Shown piece after piece: positions 38,322 to 51,227 of a DNA stretch of 64,000 bases (its first letter is position 1; each line of letters opens with the position of its first letter). A program made the position numbers and the translations under genes. This stretch comes from Geosiphon pyriformis uo1 (lineage: Eukaryota > Fungi > Glomeromycota). The notes beneath the pieces were generated by a model, which worked only from the letters and a program-made list of their open reading frames with translations, was not told where the DNA came from and did no database searches. The stretch is from contig JAAOMT010000570.1 in NCBI GenBank assembly GCA_016748015.1, forward strand, positions 128,043 through 192,042, given 5' to 3'.

Positions 38322-39703
38322 ATGGATCCCAGAAACTACAGCAATCTTAAAAATTATTTGGAGACCCTTACCATGCCAGAAAACTGGTCTCCAAGTGAAA
38401 AACACCACTTACAACACCAATCAAAACAATATTTTATACACCAAAACAAAATTTATTATAAAAATTACAGAAAACCAAACCAGCCACTCAGATTAGTACA
38501 AAAGAATGAAAAAGAAACAATTTTATACAACATGCACACAGATTCGTCTTCAGCACACTTGGGAAAAGAGGAAACAATTCAAAAAACCTTTGAACATTAT
38601 TTTTGGCTTCACATACAAAAAGACATTCGACAATATGTAGAATCTTGTGATAACTGCCAAAGAAAAGGAGGAACTTGCTCCACAGAACCTTTAAATCCAA
38701 TCAAAGTTGGACAACCTTTTGACAGAGTTGGAATTGATTTAGTCGAACCATTACCTATCACAACCCAAGGAAATTGTTATATTGCAGTTGCAGTGGATTA
38801 TCTTACCAAATGGCCTGAAGCTAGAGCCATAGAGCAGATGCAAAATCAGTAGCAAATTTCATCTATGAAGACATTATCTGTAGACATGGATGCCCAATTG
38901 AACTCTTATCTGATCAAAGAACACATTTTGTGAACAACTTGATACAAGAAATTTGTGAACGGTTCAATGTCAAAAGACCTTTATCATCATCTTATCACCC
39001 TCAAACAAATGGACTTGTAGAACATTTTAACAGAACATTGTGTGAATCTTTAGCCAAAGTCTCAACAGACTTTGAACAAGAATGGGATATCTTTATTCCA
39101 TCAGTGTTACTAGCATACAGAACACTAAAACAAAATACTATGAAGCACATACTATTTGATCTTACTTATGGAAGGACAGCAATATTACCAATTAATTTCA
39201 CAGTGGAAACATACCCAGTGCAACCAATCAATGAAAAAAACTTTCAAGAGACACTTCAAAGAAGAGCCTACACTCTTCTTAATACACTGGAAAGAAAAAG
39301 AAGAATAGCAGCAGCTCATATTGAACATTCCCAAGCTCAACAAAAAGAAAGACATAACAACAAATTACCATCTATTACCAACAAATTTAAAGTTGGAAAT
39401 AAAGTTCTCTTACACAGAACTAAGACTGAAAAACAATGGAGTGAGAAATTTGAAAACAAATAGGATGGACCATTTTATATTTACGAAATTCTAGGCAATG
39501 GATCATATAAGTTAAGACTTGATGACAAAATATTAGCAAAAGTTGCACATAGAGACAGACTGAAACACTATCATTTCAGAAACAATCCTGAACCATTAAT
39601 TTCACAAATTAGTACACATTCCCCTTTAATTAATCCTGAAGATATTCCTCGAAATTTAGAACCAATAATTATAATAGAACAACAACCAAACTTGAACACT
39701 TAA
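38322..39703 (+). pseudogene. Gypsy-2 integrase
   Basis: MDPRNYSNLKNYL start; HTDSSSAH...CDNC; GIDLV, SDQ, YHPQTNGLVE; DGPF; frameshift near 38830. Confidence 0.9.
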
Positions 39704-39888
39704 ATTTTACAATAATTCTCTACTAAAAACACAAAGACAAAAATAGTAAATAATTACAAAACACCCAAACCCAAAAACAAATAAAAACCCCATATTCAAA
39801 AAATAATTTTCTTTATTTTCTCTTTTCATAATTAGTCAATTTTATCATAATTATTTCCCAAAATATTCAACAAATATCCCAAAAATTA

Positions 39889-40378
39889 ATGGTAGCCTTG
39901 AAAACACTCCTTGACTTATTTATAATGATTAATGGAAGTCAAATTAAATACATTCAGAAAGAAACCACAGCTCCAGTAGCAAATTATTTGCAGAACTATC
40001 ACCCCTATAGAAGAGAAACAAGAAGTCACTTTGAGAATAGATTACCAAGACTTTTGAAGCAGGCACTAGAAGAAAATCTGCTAATTGCCCCTATTAACAT
40101 TCCACCAAATGCTACAATGCAACAAAAACTACTACTACTTCTTAATGAACAGAACAATGAACACACCCCTATCTATAAATACTTTCAAATTGGAAAAACA
40201 CTTTATGAACAAAAACTGGAACTTGAAGCAACAAATCTCACTCCTGAAGTTATACAAAAACAAATCTACAATGAATTCAAAGCAGCAGCTGGACCAACAA
40301 ACACTTGCTACAAACTTAGAGCAGCTTTTAGACTCTATGATTTGTTTAATACTTGTGAAAATGTTCTACAAAATCCAA
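39889..40378 (+). CDS. Gypsy-2 ORF3 (post-integrase, unknown function), truncated by assembly gap
   Basis: At least 163 open codons from the ATG; shares YxYFxIG and RAxxRxxxxF blocks with Gypsy-1 ORF3. Confidence 0.75.
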
Positions 40379-40429
40379 NNNNNNNNNNNNNNNNNNNNNN
40401 NNNNNNNNNNNNNNNNNNNNNNNNNNNNN
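40379..40429. other. Assembly gap (51 N) hiding the ORF3 end, the PPT and the first ~60 bp of the 3' LTR
   Basis: Run of N. Confidence 1.
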
Positions 40430-41320
40430 TTCATTAGTATATTAATATCATTTCAAATTATCATTTATTATTTAATCAATTATCACATATCACGATTCAA
40501 TTAAAATAATCTAATTAGTATAACAGAAAGTAAGATGATCAAATTACACAATATCCTGAACTTTGTAACATTCAAAAATTCGCCGAAATTATGAATAGTT
40601 CACCCAAATTAATCAATAGTTCAGCGAAATAACTTGTAGTTCATCAAAATGTATCTTTAGTTTGCCGGAATTTGGGCAAAGAGAAAAAAAGTGCAAGTTC
40701 ATAAACTAGTACTACAACAAGTTGTATAAAAGAAGAGCTTTTCTCTTCTGGAAAATGTATCTTACTTTAGATTTACTTAGAACCAATTCTATACACACAA
40801 AAAGAAATAAATACCAAATAATTTGAAAAACCAAATTTTTTAATTATTGCTCTTGGAAAATTCCCAAAAACCAACTAACATTTCGAAATTAATTAGCTAC
40901 CAATTTCAGTAAACTGTTAGTGACTCCAGGCCTGGATAGAAAACGTTTCTCTTGATAAAATTCTATTTCTTTTATATTTCTTTTATTTTCTTTTATTTTT
41001 CTTACTATAATCACTAGGGTAGCCTACAGACAAGATTCCTGTAGAAGAGTTGACTTTTACAGCAAAGTAACTACACATTTTTAGTGAGCTTCCAGACGAG
41101 CAATTCCTGGGAAAGAGTTGACGTTTATTACAATGTAACTACATAAAGTAACTGGCAAAGAATTGGCCATTCTACTTATAAGCCCAGCAGTTCAAATTAT
41201 AGGAGATAATTTGAAGATAAATTCAGTTATTGGAGGTTCAACTACTTCCTGAAAATGTAAATTCACAGCAAATCAACATTACCAACATTTAAGAAAAGAG
41301 ACCAAAAACCTCTGGTAACA
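40430..41320 (+). repeat. 3' LTR of Gypsy-2 (5' end in gap)
   Basis: Matches 31684-32594 with 19 transitions and one 20-bp tandem-unit deletion. Confidence 0.95.
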
Positions 41321-41410
41321 GGGGCATATTGAGAGAAATAACTGCAAGCTAAAGAAGAGAAAGGGAAAAAGAAAAGCTATTCTATCTCAAATTATTCTTA
41401 TTTGTGCTGA
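41321..41410 (-). mobile_element. Displaced 5' UTR of LINE-C
   Basis: Continues the sequence interrupted at 31624; pyrimidine-rich on the minus strand like the LINE-D 5' end; end point approximate. Confidence 0.55.
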
Positions 41411-42141
41411 ATAATTAATTAAAAAAATAAAATAATAATAATAAAAATTAAATTATTGTTATAAATTTATTAAAAAACTTATTTATATCTATTTGTAAAT
41501 AAAACTGTTATTTATTAATTAAATTCATCAAAAAAATAATTTTTAATCAAAATTATTTATGTTATTACTAATAAATCAAAAGCTTTATTATTTTATTTAA
41601 AAAAAAATAATTAAGACTATTAATATTTTATGTTTCTAAAATAGAAAAACACTTTAAACAATTGCAAAAAAATTAATATAATTAAAAAAAATATTGGTAT
41701 TTTTAAAAAAATTGTTAAAAATTTAAATAAAAAAGTTATTAATTTAAAATAAAATATATATAATTTACTTATTAATAATATGGTTAATAATAATTCAAAT
41801 TTTTTTGTTAACAAAAAATTTTTTGTTAAATTAATGGCTTTTTAAAAGTTTTAATTACTTAATATTAAGTCAAACATTAATAAGTTTACTGTATAATTAA
41901 TTAGTTTGGTTCTTAATAATTATACATAAAATAACTGTATTAAATAAGTTTACTTCTTTAAATTCAACTTAGTTTAATTTAAATTGGTTTAAGTAACTAA
42001 TTATATGTTTTTTTTTTTATTATGTTTTATAAGTGAGATCCAAACACTACCTAGAGCTATACATCAAAGAAGTGACATAAACTAAGTATGAATCATGCTC
42101 TTTCTACACGCGACCAGCCACTCAGGCCAATCAGGACAACA

Positions 42142-45100
42142 CTACGCAGCTATATGTACCGAAACAGAATTACTAGCACCAGAAAAAAAAAAACATTGTT
42201 TACGAAAGCCAAAACAAATGCCAAGAGCTTCAGTCACACCAAGTAGCCTAACAACACCAGCCGAGAACCTAAAAGCTGAGCCAGAGACCAAGACAAGAAC
42301 TGAACTGTCAAGTGGAATGAGATTATTTTTTTCCATAAATGCACGATGCCTAACCCAAACCAACTAAATATCATTCTTAAAAGCAAAACTAAGGGAATGC
42401 ACAAACTCAACAATATTCAAACTAGCAACCTTATGAGATTTGAAAACAGAGACAGCTTCACAAAGCCACTCACTAAAAACAAACCCTTTAAAGAGAGCCA
42501 TAAATACAGAGACATCAGAGGCACAAGAAAACAACAATTGCAGCACACAGGAAGAAGAAAGAGACAGGCCAGAAAACACTCTCTAAGATCTCAAACATGT
42601 ATCCAATATCTGAAGACACGCAGAGTCATCAACTTTGCAAGAAAAAGCATGATCTGATGTCTCCACCTCACCACAATATAAGCACAATACACTGGGGTAT
42701 CTTCTGTTATATAAGTGTTTACGAACAGCAACAGGCAGCCAGTGGTGCAATGCCTTCATAAAAAAACTGCACACATCTGCTGTGGGCCTGCTAGTGTGGC
42801 CAGCAGCCATGTGTGAATCAGGATGCCATACCAGTAAGGAGCAGGACCAATCAATGTCCGCAAACAAACTAGCAGGCAGAAATTTAGAACCAGAACCAAC
42901 CTCCCAGTGCACACGACTGATAGAACGAAAAATATCACAAACAAAATGCCTAAAATTGCCAGAAACAGCCCCACCGTCTACCAACAAGAAGTGTGCATAC
43001 AAATGAGAAGGAAGGAACCAGCCCGAGTGAGAAGAAGCCCCAGCTATAGCATTAGCACGTTCATTTCCAATCACACCAGAGTGACCTTTCACTTTGTGCT
43101 ATTCAACCATCAAATTTTTGCCATGAATAACATTTACAATATGCTGGCATTCGACCCAACAACAATTGCGAAAATCCGGATGCACCAGACCCAATTCTGA
43201 CTTGTAGGCATCCAGAGTGGCTTGACTATCAGAGAACAGATGAACAAAACTAGAATGGGAGACACACTCCAGTACCAGCACAATAGCCTGCATTTCCACC
43301 AAAGTAGAAGACAACAGACCTAAAACTCCAACACCCAAACTCAGATCAATGTCACTGAAAAAAACTCCAGCCCCAGCCATGCAATTCTCGGTACCAAGGT
43401 GTGTTAAAGACCCATCCGTATAAACAGAAATGCTACTAGAAAGAACTTGGGAAAGCCGATCATGAACCAATACAAAGCCAGAAGAGATGAGAATACTTTG
43501 AGGACCCACATTGACCAAAGCAGAAAAAGGGGCACGAGGAGAAGACGCACCAGACAGGAACTCGACAGAAAGCATAAACCACTCAGAAGTCGGGCCACAG
43601 GGGTCCAACCTCTTCCACCACTTGAACTTGTACCAGTCAAACATGGCACCATGACAATCATGGAGTTGGTCAACAAAGACAATGCCATATTGCCAGAGTC
43701 AAGAAAAGAACCTGACAAATCTAGACTTACCGAGAACGGTAGACATGGGTATCCTACCACAAAACCAAAATGGACTATCAAAAAAACCACTTAAAGATAA
43801 GTTGCAACCGAGGAGAACACAAACAATCCCTGCTAAGAAATTATTCAAAGGGCTGACTCGAACACGAACAGGAACACTCAAAGGATGAACAGGACACCAG
43901 CACAAAACTTGTAAGTCATGAGATCTGTGGGAGAAAAGGCAACCCAGAATTCCCACTGAGTTTGCAAAACAAATAAGGAAAGCAACTTTACTCTCCAATT
44001 GAATCTGGGCAAAAGATTTCAACCCATAGAATGAAGGGTAATGGATCGTGTCACTAGGAAAATCAAGAGGTAATCCAGACTTGGATTTCAAGCCTCTGCG
44101 AATCAAAGCATCCCACTTATTACACACACTGACAAGAACAAAACTAAACTGAGTCCTATAACTGATGATGGGATGGAAGACAGCTAACACTAAATATAGA
44201 AATTGTTTGTTTGATACAGTCTTTCTTAGAACCAAGTTGATAAAAAAATGAACATCTGAATGAGCCTTTGCCAGGCTGGGCTTTAACAGTCCCTCAGATA
44301 ACACAAAGATACCCAGATAATGATATGATTCACCAGATTTAGCTATTGAAATAGGGGATCCACTGATGAAAAAAGAAGGTGCACTGGCACAGCTATTAAT
44401 TGGAATGGCCACTGTCTTATTATTATTAATTGAAATATCATTGATGCAGAAAAATTCACTAGCCACATCAAGAATGTGTTGAGTGGCAGTCAGACTGCTA
44501 CCCACCCAGATCGTATTATCCACAAAAGCACTAGCAGCGAAGAAAGATGACAAACCAGCCTGAAACTCCACACAGCCCGTTTTAGCAACAAAATGAGAGT
44601 TTAATCTGTAACCACATACACTTTCTTGTCTCTTAACTTCACACAAAAGAGGATTGTAAAATATACGCCAAAGAAGAGGTGAAAACACCTCCCCTTGGTC
44701 CAAGCCATTGTGTACATGATAACCATTTGTTAACCCAAAATCAGTCATAATCCGGTTGGTGCGACCACTATGAATATTCCCAAAAAACCTAATAAACCTG
44801 CAGCACATTTTTATTCTAACCAAACTCTTCTTAAGATGATCCCAACCGACTGAGTCATATGCTTTCCACATGTCTTGTAAAACCAGCCAGAGCTCCCAGT
44901 TTTTTTCAAGAGCATCCTTGATCACCGAACCAATTGCAAAAATGGGAGACTGAATTGTAGTGCCTTTGAGAACTAAAAAATTGTCCCCACGAAGAATGTC
45001 AAACTTGCTACATGCCAAAGAGATTCTATCAGAGAGAATCTTGGAAAGAATTTTTCAAGCCATCTCAATCAGAGCAATAGGATGAGTGTTTGTGAGCATG

Positions 45101-46829
45101 CCCTCCCACTCATAAGATTTGGGAATCATCGACACCCAGGCTTCCTTCCAAGCACTGAGCACAGACTCACCACAAAGACAAGAATTAATGAACACCAAGA
45201 GCATATTAAGAACAGATTTGTCACAGTGCTTTCAAAATTCATTGGAGATGCCCGAGAGACCAGCAGCCTTCCTGTCAGGTAGGTCAGAAACCACGCCAGA
45301 CATCTCATCAAAACTAACACAGCTCATCACATCTGAAAAAGCATCATCAAACACATAATCCAAAGGCTGATATTGGTGAGACCAATTTCCCGGAATATCA
45401 AGAACCACTTCACGTTTACGAGTCCACCCCTCCATAATCTCATCCACTTTTTTTTAACAAGATCAGGTTCCAAATACAGCTCATCACCAACGACCAAATG
45501 ATCCAAAACCACCTTGTGGAAAAGTCTCTCCAAGACACTTCTAATAGTATGACCCTTGTCAGATTCAAAGCTCTCCATCTTCTTATCAATAGCAGATCTG
45601 ATTTGTGAATCTTTAGCACATTTTGATTCTGACAACTTCGAGACACGATAAAACTTTTTGGCTTTGAACAGAGCTGAACAAATGTCATCAAAAGGAGACC
45701 TTGAGAGAAAGAAAGACTTCACTACAGCAGCACCAGTAGAATCAAGTGATTCCCAAGTATCAAGCAGTGATACAAACACATCACAATCAACAGAACAAGA
45801 AGCCTTGACCAACTTAGACACCAAAAGTTCTAACTTATGGAACCTGAATGAATGCTTAGTGAAAGTGTCATCATAATCTTTAAACCATTTTTTCCTGAAA
45901 ACTTCACTCACCGAAAAGCTCATTGTTTTCTGAACAGCATTCCACATTACATCCAAATCTGACAGTTCCCTGGCAGCCAAGAAATCATCAGAAAACATGG
46001 CAGCATTTACTGCTGTGGCCTCCCTGAACCTCAACCACAAGGCAATACCAGCATTCTTAAAATTGTACTTCCAACAATCCCTATTGGCCTGCTTGCGAAC
46101 AGAACACAAATGTGTATCCAAGAGACCACCTAAACCAAACGACGCAGAGACAGCATGATAATCAGTATCAAAGAAATCAGACACATCCAGAACATCACGA
46201 TCCACAATAGCATTGACCAAATTGGGAGACACAAAAAGATAATCAATTGTTTTTGTTACACCCTGGGAATTACTCCATGTTGGAACTTTCATAAACAGAC
46301 TACTGACAAAAGAGTTGACCAGACCCAAGCTACCACATTTTCTGAAACTAGCACTTCTATGCAAACCATTTTCATTGAAGTCACCACCTAAGACCACAAA
46401 AGATGATTCATTCACAGCACTAGCAATCAAAGCATTCATGTCATTGGCCTGAGAAAAGCACACCGAAGCCAATGCACCAGCATATAGACCCAAAATAGAA
46501 ACTGAGAGTTTATTTCTAAAAAGCAACTTGACAGAAATAAGATGACCAGGAACCTCAGAAACTTTGCACACATGCTTGGCCAGAAAATTGGTCATAATGA
46601 TCGCCATCCCAGAACCAAGATGACCAGAATTCAAACCAGAAATAAAGACCCAAACACCATCGAATTTGCTAGCAATTCAAGACCAAATCTTATCTTTTAA
46701 CTTTGTTTCAGTAACAATTGAAACTAAATTGTTCCTATCTCTATGCCAATGTATAATGTCTTTCTGCTTTGCTGAATTGTTCATTTCCCTAACATTACAC
46801 GCAGCTATTTTCCATACTAAATCATTCAT
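42142..46829 (-). pseudogene. LINE-D ORF2 (endonuclease-RT-RNase H-zinc finger)
   Basis: WKIAACNV, ETKL, GGDFN, IDY (APE); QDMWKAYDSV, GLDQGEVFSPLLW, FVDN (RT); YTDGS, SDSQ, KGHSG...GNERA (RNase H); CLYC...H...C. Confidence 0.9.
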
Positions 46830-48664
46830 TGAGGTACAAAAAAGACCGTAGAACCCAAGCCAGCACACATTTGATCCAACTTCCTTAATACCAAACAAAC
46901 CAAAGCTTCGAGAGCTGCCAACTTTAACTCCAAGCAGCCCACTTTTGAAGTCAGAATTTTTGAACTACTCGAACCCAAACTTGAGACACCAAAGGAAACC
47001 AAAGGAGAAATAACCACAGAATCAAGTTCATCCAACACCATATCTGAACCAAATTTCATATCAACTGAACCAGGGGCAACCAAGGGCTGAGAAGAGGAGG
47101 CAAGAGCCAAGGGCATTAGGCTTAAACTGTCAAGTTTGTCAATAATACCAGACACCTTATCCATGAGAAGTTCCAAAGAGCGCTCCAAAGAAGCAAGACG
47201 AGTTTCCAAAATTGAACTAACAGAGCCTGCAAGAGACGAATGACCAACCAAATCTGAGATGCCAGGAAAAAAACCAAAACCAGGACCAGAACCAAAGTAA
47301 GAACCATTAGATGAAGATGCTAAAGAGACAATCTGGGCCCATGACTTGCTGTCAAACGCAACTGGTCTAGAAATAGGCACACTCTTTTTTGCATATAGCT
47401 TGGCCAACTGGAGGCGGTTCTCATTAGAGACAATCTTTTTAAATGACTTGGAAAGTTTAGGAGAATGTGAGATCTTAGCATCACACTCCAAAACAGAATG
47501 ACCAAGTTTCCTACACTGTTCACACTAAACTAGGTCCAACCTAGCCCAAGAAAGTTTCACCCCACCAAAAACAGACTCCGTATAAAACGCAGACTCCAAA
47601 TCCTCATCATTCTTAAAACAAACCACAGCACAACAAACCCTATTACCAATGTCTAAGGATCAATTTATGACACAAGTTTTCCCACCAGCCCCCGCCAAAA
47701 GATTGCCAAGATCATGAGCCATTGTTCCCACCGACAAAGTAAACAAAAGCATTCTATACCGATCTCTAGATGCCCACGTCTCACGATCCTTCACAGCTTT
47801 GGCCACACGCACAGAATCTTTCCCAATTAAGAATGACCACTTAGCTGCCAACTGATCTGCCTGACTTGATTCGGCAAACTCCACCACAGCCTTCTGCCAC
47901 AGCCCAATGAGTTGCAATCGGATTGACACCACTTGACCAAATTCAGACACTGCGGTGATGATTATTTCTTTTGGTGTATCCATGGGAATTTCCTTGATGA
48001 CTACGGCCTGATCTGAACAAACTCCTTGTCTCTTAAGATTACTGTTTACCACAATGTCATTTTTCCTGGCCAATGAGGTGGTCTTTTCCATGCTTTCTGA
48101 TGAAGTAAATGTCAATCTAATGATTTCTTCAAATTTTGAGGAGGTAGTGGCCCCCCCAAAATCATTGATTCGTGAAAACAATTTCCTTATGACCTGAGTT
48201 TTAGTCATCGCCGATTTTTCTTCCACAGCCAAAAAATTGATGTCCAAAGTGAAAGATTTCTTCACAGCTACTTCCACCTGAGTTTTAACAATTTTGGGGT
48301 CCACCCACATCTTTTCCAAAGAGAAAGACAAACGGGGAGGAAGAGAAACTTCTTCTTTATCATCCATGTCATAATTAATAGAGTTGAGAGGGGAACTGAT
48401 AGCCGCATCAGTATTGAAATGCTTCGCATTGGGTGTATTCATTTGGAAGTCAGAGGTGACTTTACCATTAAAGGCTTCTCTATCTGTATCCATGCTAGTA
48501 AGTTGCTCATCCACACTAACAGGTCCACCATCTTTAAGATTCTTATCCGTACTTGAAAGTTTAACACCACTGAGAGGTTTTTTGACTTTTTGAGTTGAAC
48601 CTTCACCAACTGAACTAGTGGTCGAGACTCTGACAGACCTTCTCTTAGCACTAGGACCACTCAT
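46826..48664 (-). pseudogene. LINE-D ORF1 (Gag-like, RRM-like region, zinc knuckle, coiled coil)
   Basis: Fragments 47660-48664 and 46826-47491; similar to LINE-C ORF1 (IGLWQKA, LERSLELL). Confidence 0.8.
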
Positions 48665-49600
48665 AGTGGCAGCTGGGCCAACAACAAAAGGGTTTGATTC
48701 TTGTGAAATATTGGAAGACAGTATGCAAAAACAGAAAAAACTTCTTTCAAAATTTGACTCTTTTTAAGAAATTTGGGACAAAGGAAAGAAAAAAGTTTTT
48801 TGTTATATGTAAAAAACATATAAATTATGATTATTTATAAGATTTTAGAATTTTATATCACAATTTATAATTTGATTACATTTTTTTAAAGCAATAAAAA
48901 AACAAAATTTTCATATTCAAATTTTATTTAAAATTTTATTATAAAAAAATAAAAACAAAATAAGTATTAATAAAAATTTGGTTTAAAATAAATTTTAATT
49001 TTAATTATTGTTTAATATTATTATATTATATATATTAAAAAAATAAAACAATGAATTTTTATTGCAACAAATTTTTTAAAAAACAAATAAAAACAAATGT
49101 TAATTAAGGTTTGAATTAGGAGGTAGCTTTGCCCTATTTATGTAATTGATTTTGACAGATCACGAATTAAATACCACAACGATAGCATACATATGTTCAA
49201 TCTATTTTCCGACCATTTTTGTAAATGGCTATGCCTGATTTCTTCAAATTATACAATTCAAGCGGTTTTTTATCATTTGCAGCATTGTGTTCTTTTGTAC
49301 GTATATTTGCAGGAGACAGATTTACAGTCACGTTGTTTCATATAATAGGTGATGTCAAATGCCTATTCAGCATGTACCACCCCTTTCTCTAAGCTAAAAC
49401 GATATCATCCTTTTACTCTGCCCTTTCAATTCCACGCGGTAAACTTTTAATAATAGCTATCATTTTTTCCTATTAAAAGTAACTAGTAAGTAACGTTAAA
49501 GGCTTCAAATATCAGCTTCAACTTTCTTATAAACTTGCAATTTTTGCATTCTTCTGTTAGCCGCTCATCGTAGAGTTAAAGAAACCTTTTCATAACCAAA

Positions 49601-50753
<1,153 letters not shown>

Positions 50754-51227
50754 ACTGAATATAATTATTTTAGCCATGTGCTTTCCTTTGTTCTTTTTCG
50801 ATTCTCTTGATCAAATTTCTCGAGTATCTTTGGCTGCAATCTTTTTCATTGCAAATATTATTTGCAAGCCAAAGTACAATACGGCCTCGAGTGTTTCTTC
50901 ACAATGGTTTGATTAAATGACAGCCCATTATCCAATGGTAATCATATATAATAGTATTAATATGAACTGACATTAATTTTTTGACAATTAGCTTCCCTTT
51001 TGTTCTCTCTAATTTATGATAAAAATTTAAACTCTCATAACCTAATAGTACAAAACATAATAATATGCGAGAAATTTCGCTATGAAGTCGTATTGATTGT
51101 TGTATTGTGCTGATTAAAACAAATAATAAAAATTCAACACTCGAAAAAATAAAAAAAATCATTTGAACAAAAGTTTATTTTGACTTCAATATATTATAAA
51201 TACATAAAACTGTTACTACAAAACTTA

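Larger units (their letters stand above)
31625..41320 (+). mobile_element. Ty3/Gypsy LTR retrotransposon (Gypsy-2), dUTPase-bearing, full-length, mutated
   Basis: Two LTRs with 9-bp terminal inverted repeat TGTTACCAG/CTGGTAACA, PBS, probable 4-bp TSD AGGG/GGGG, all Gypsy domains. Confidence 0.96.
42009..48802 (-). mobile_element. LINE-D, full-length non-LTR retrotransposon (ORF1; APE-RT-RNaseH-ZnF ORF2), mutated
   Basis: PolyA tail at about 42009-42018; candidate TSD TTATATGT (42001-42008 / 48803-48810); family 3' UTR. Confidence 0.93.
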
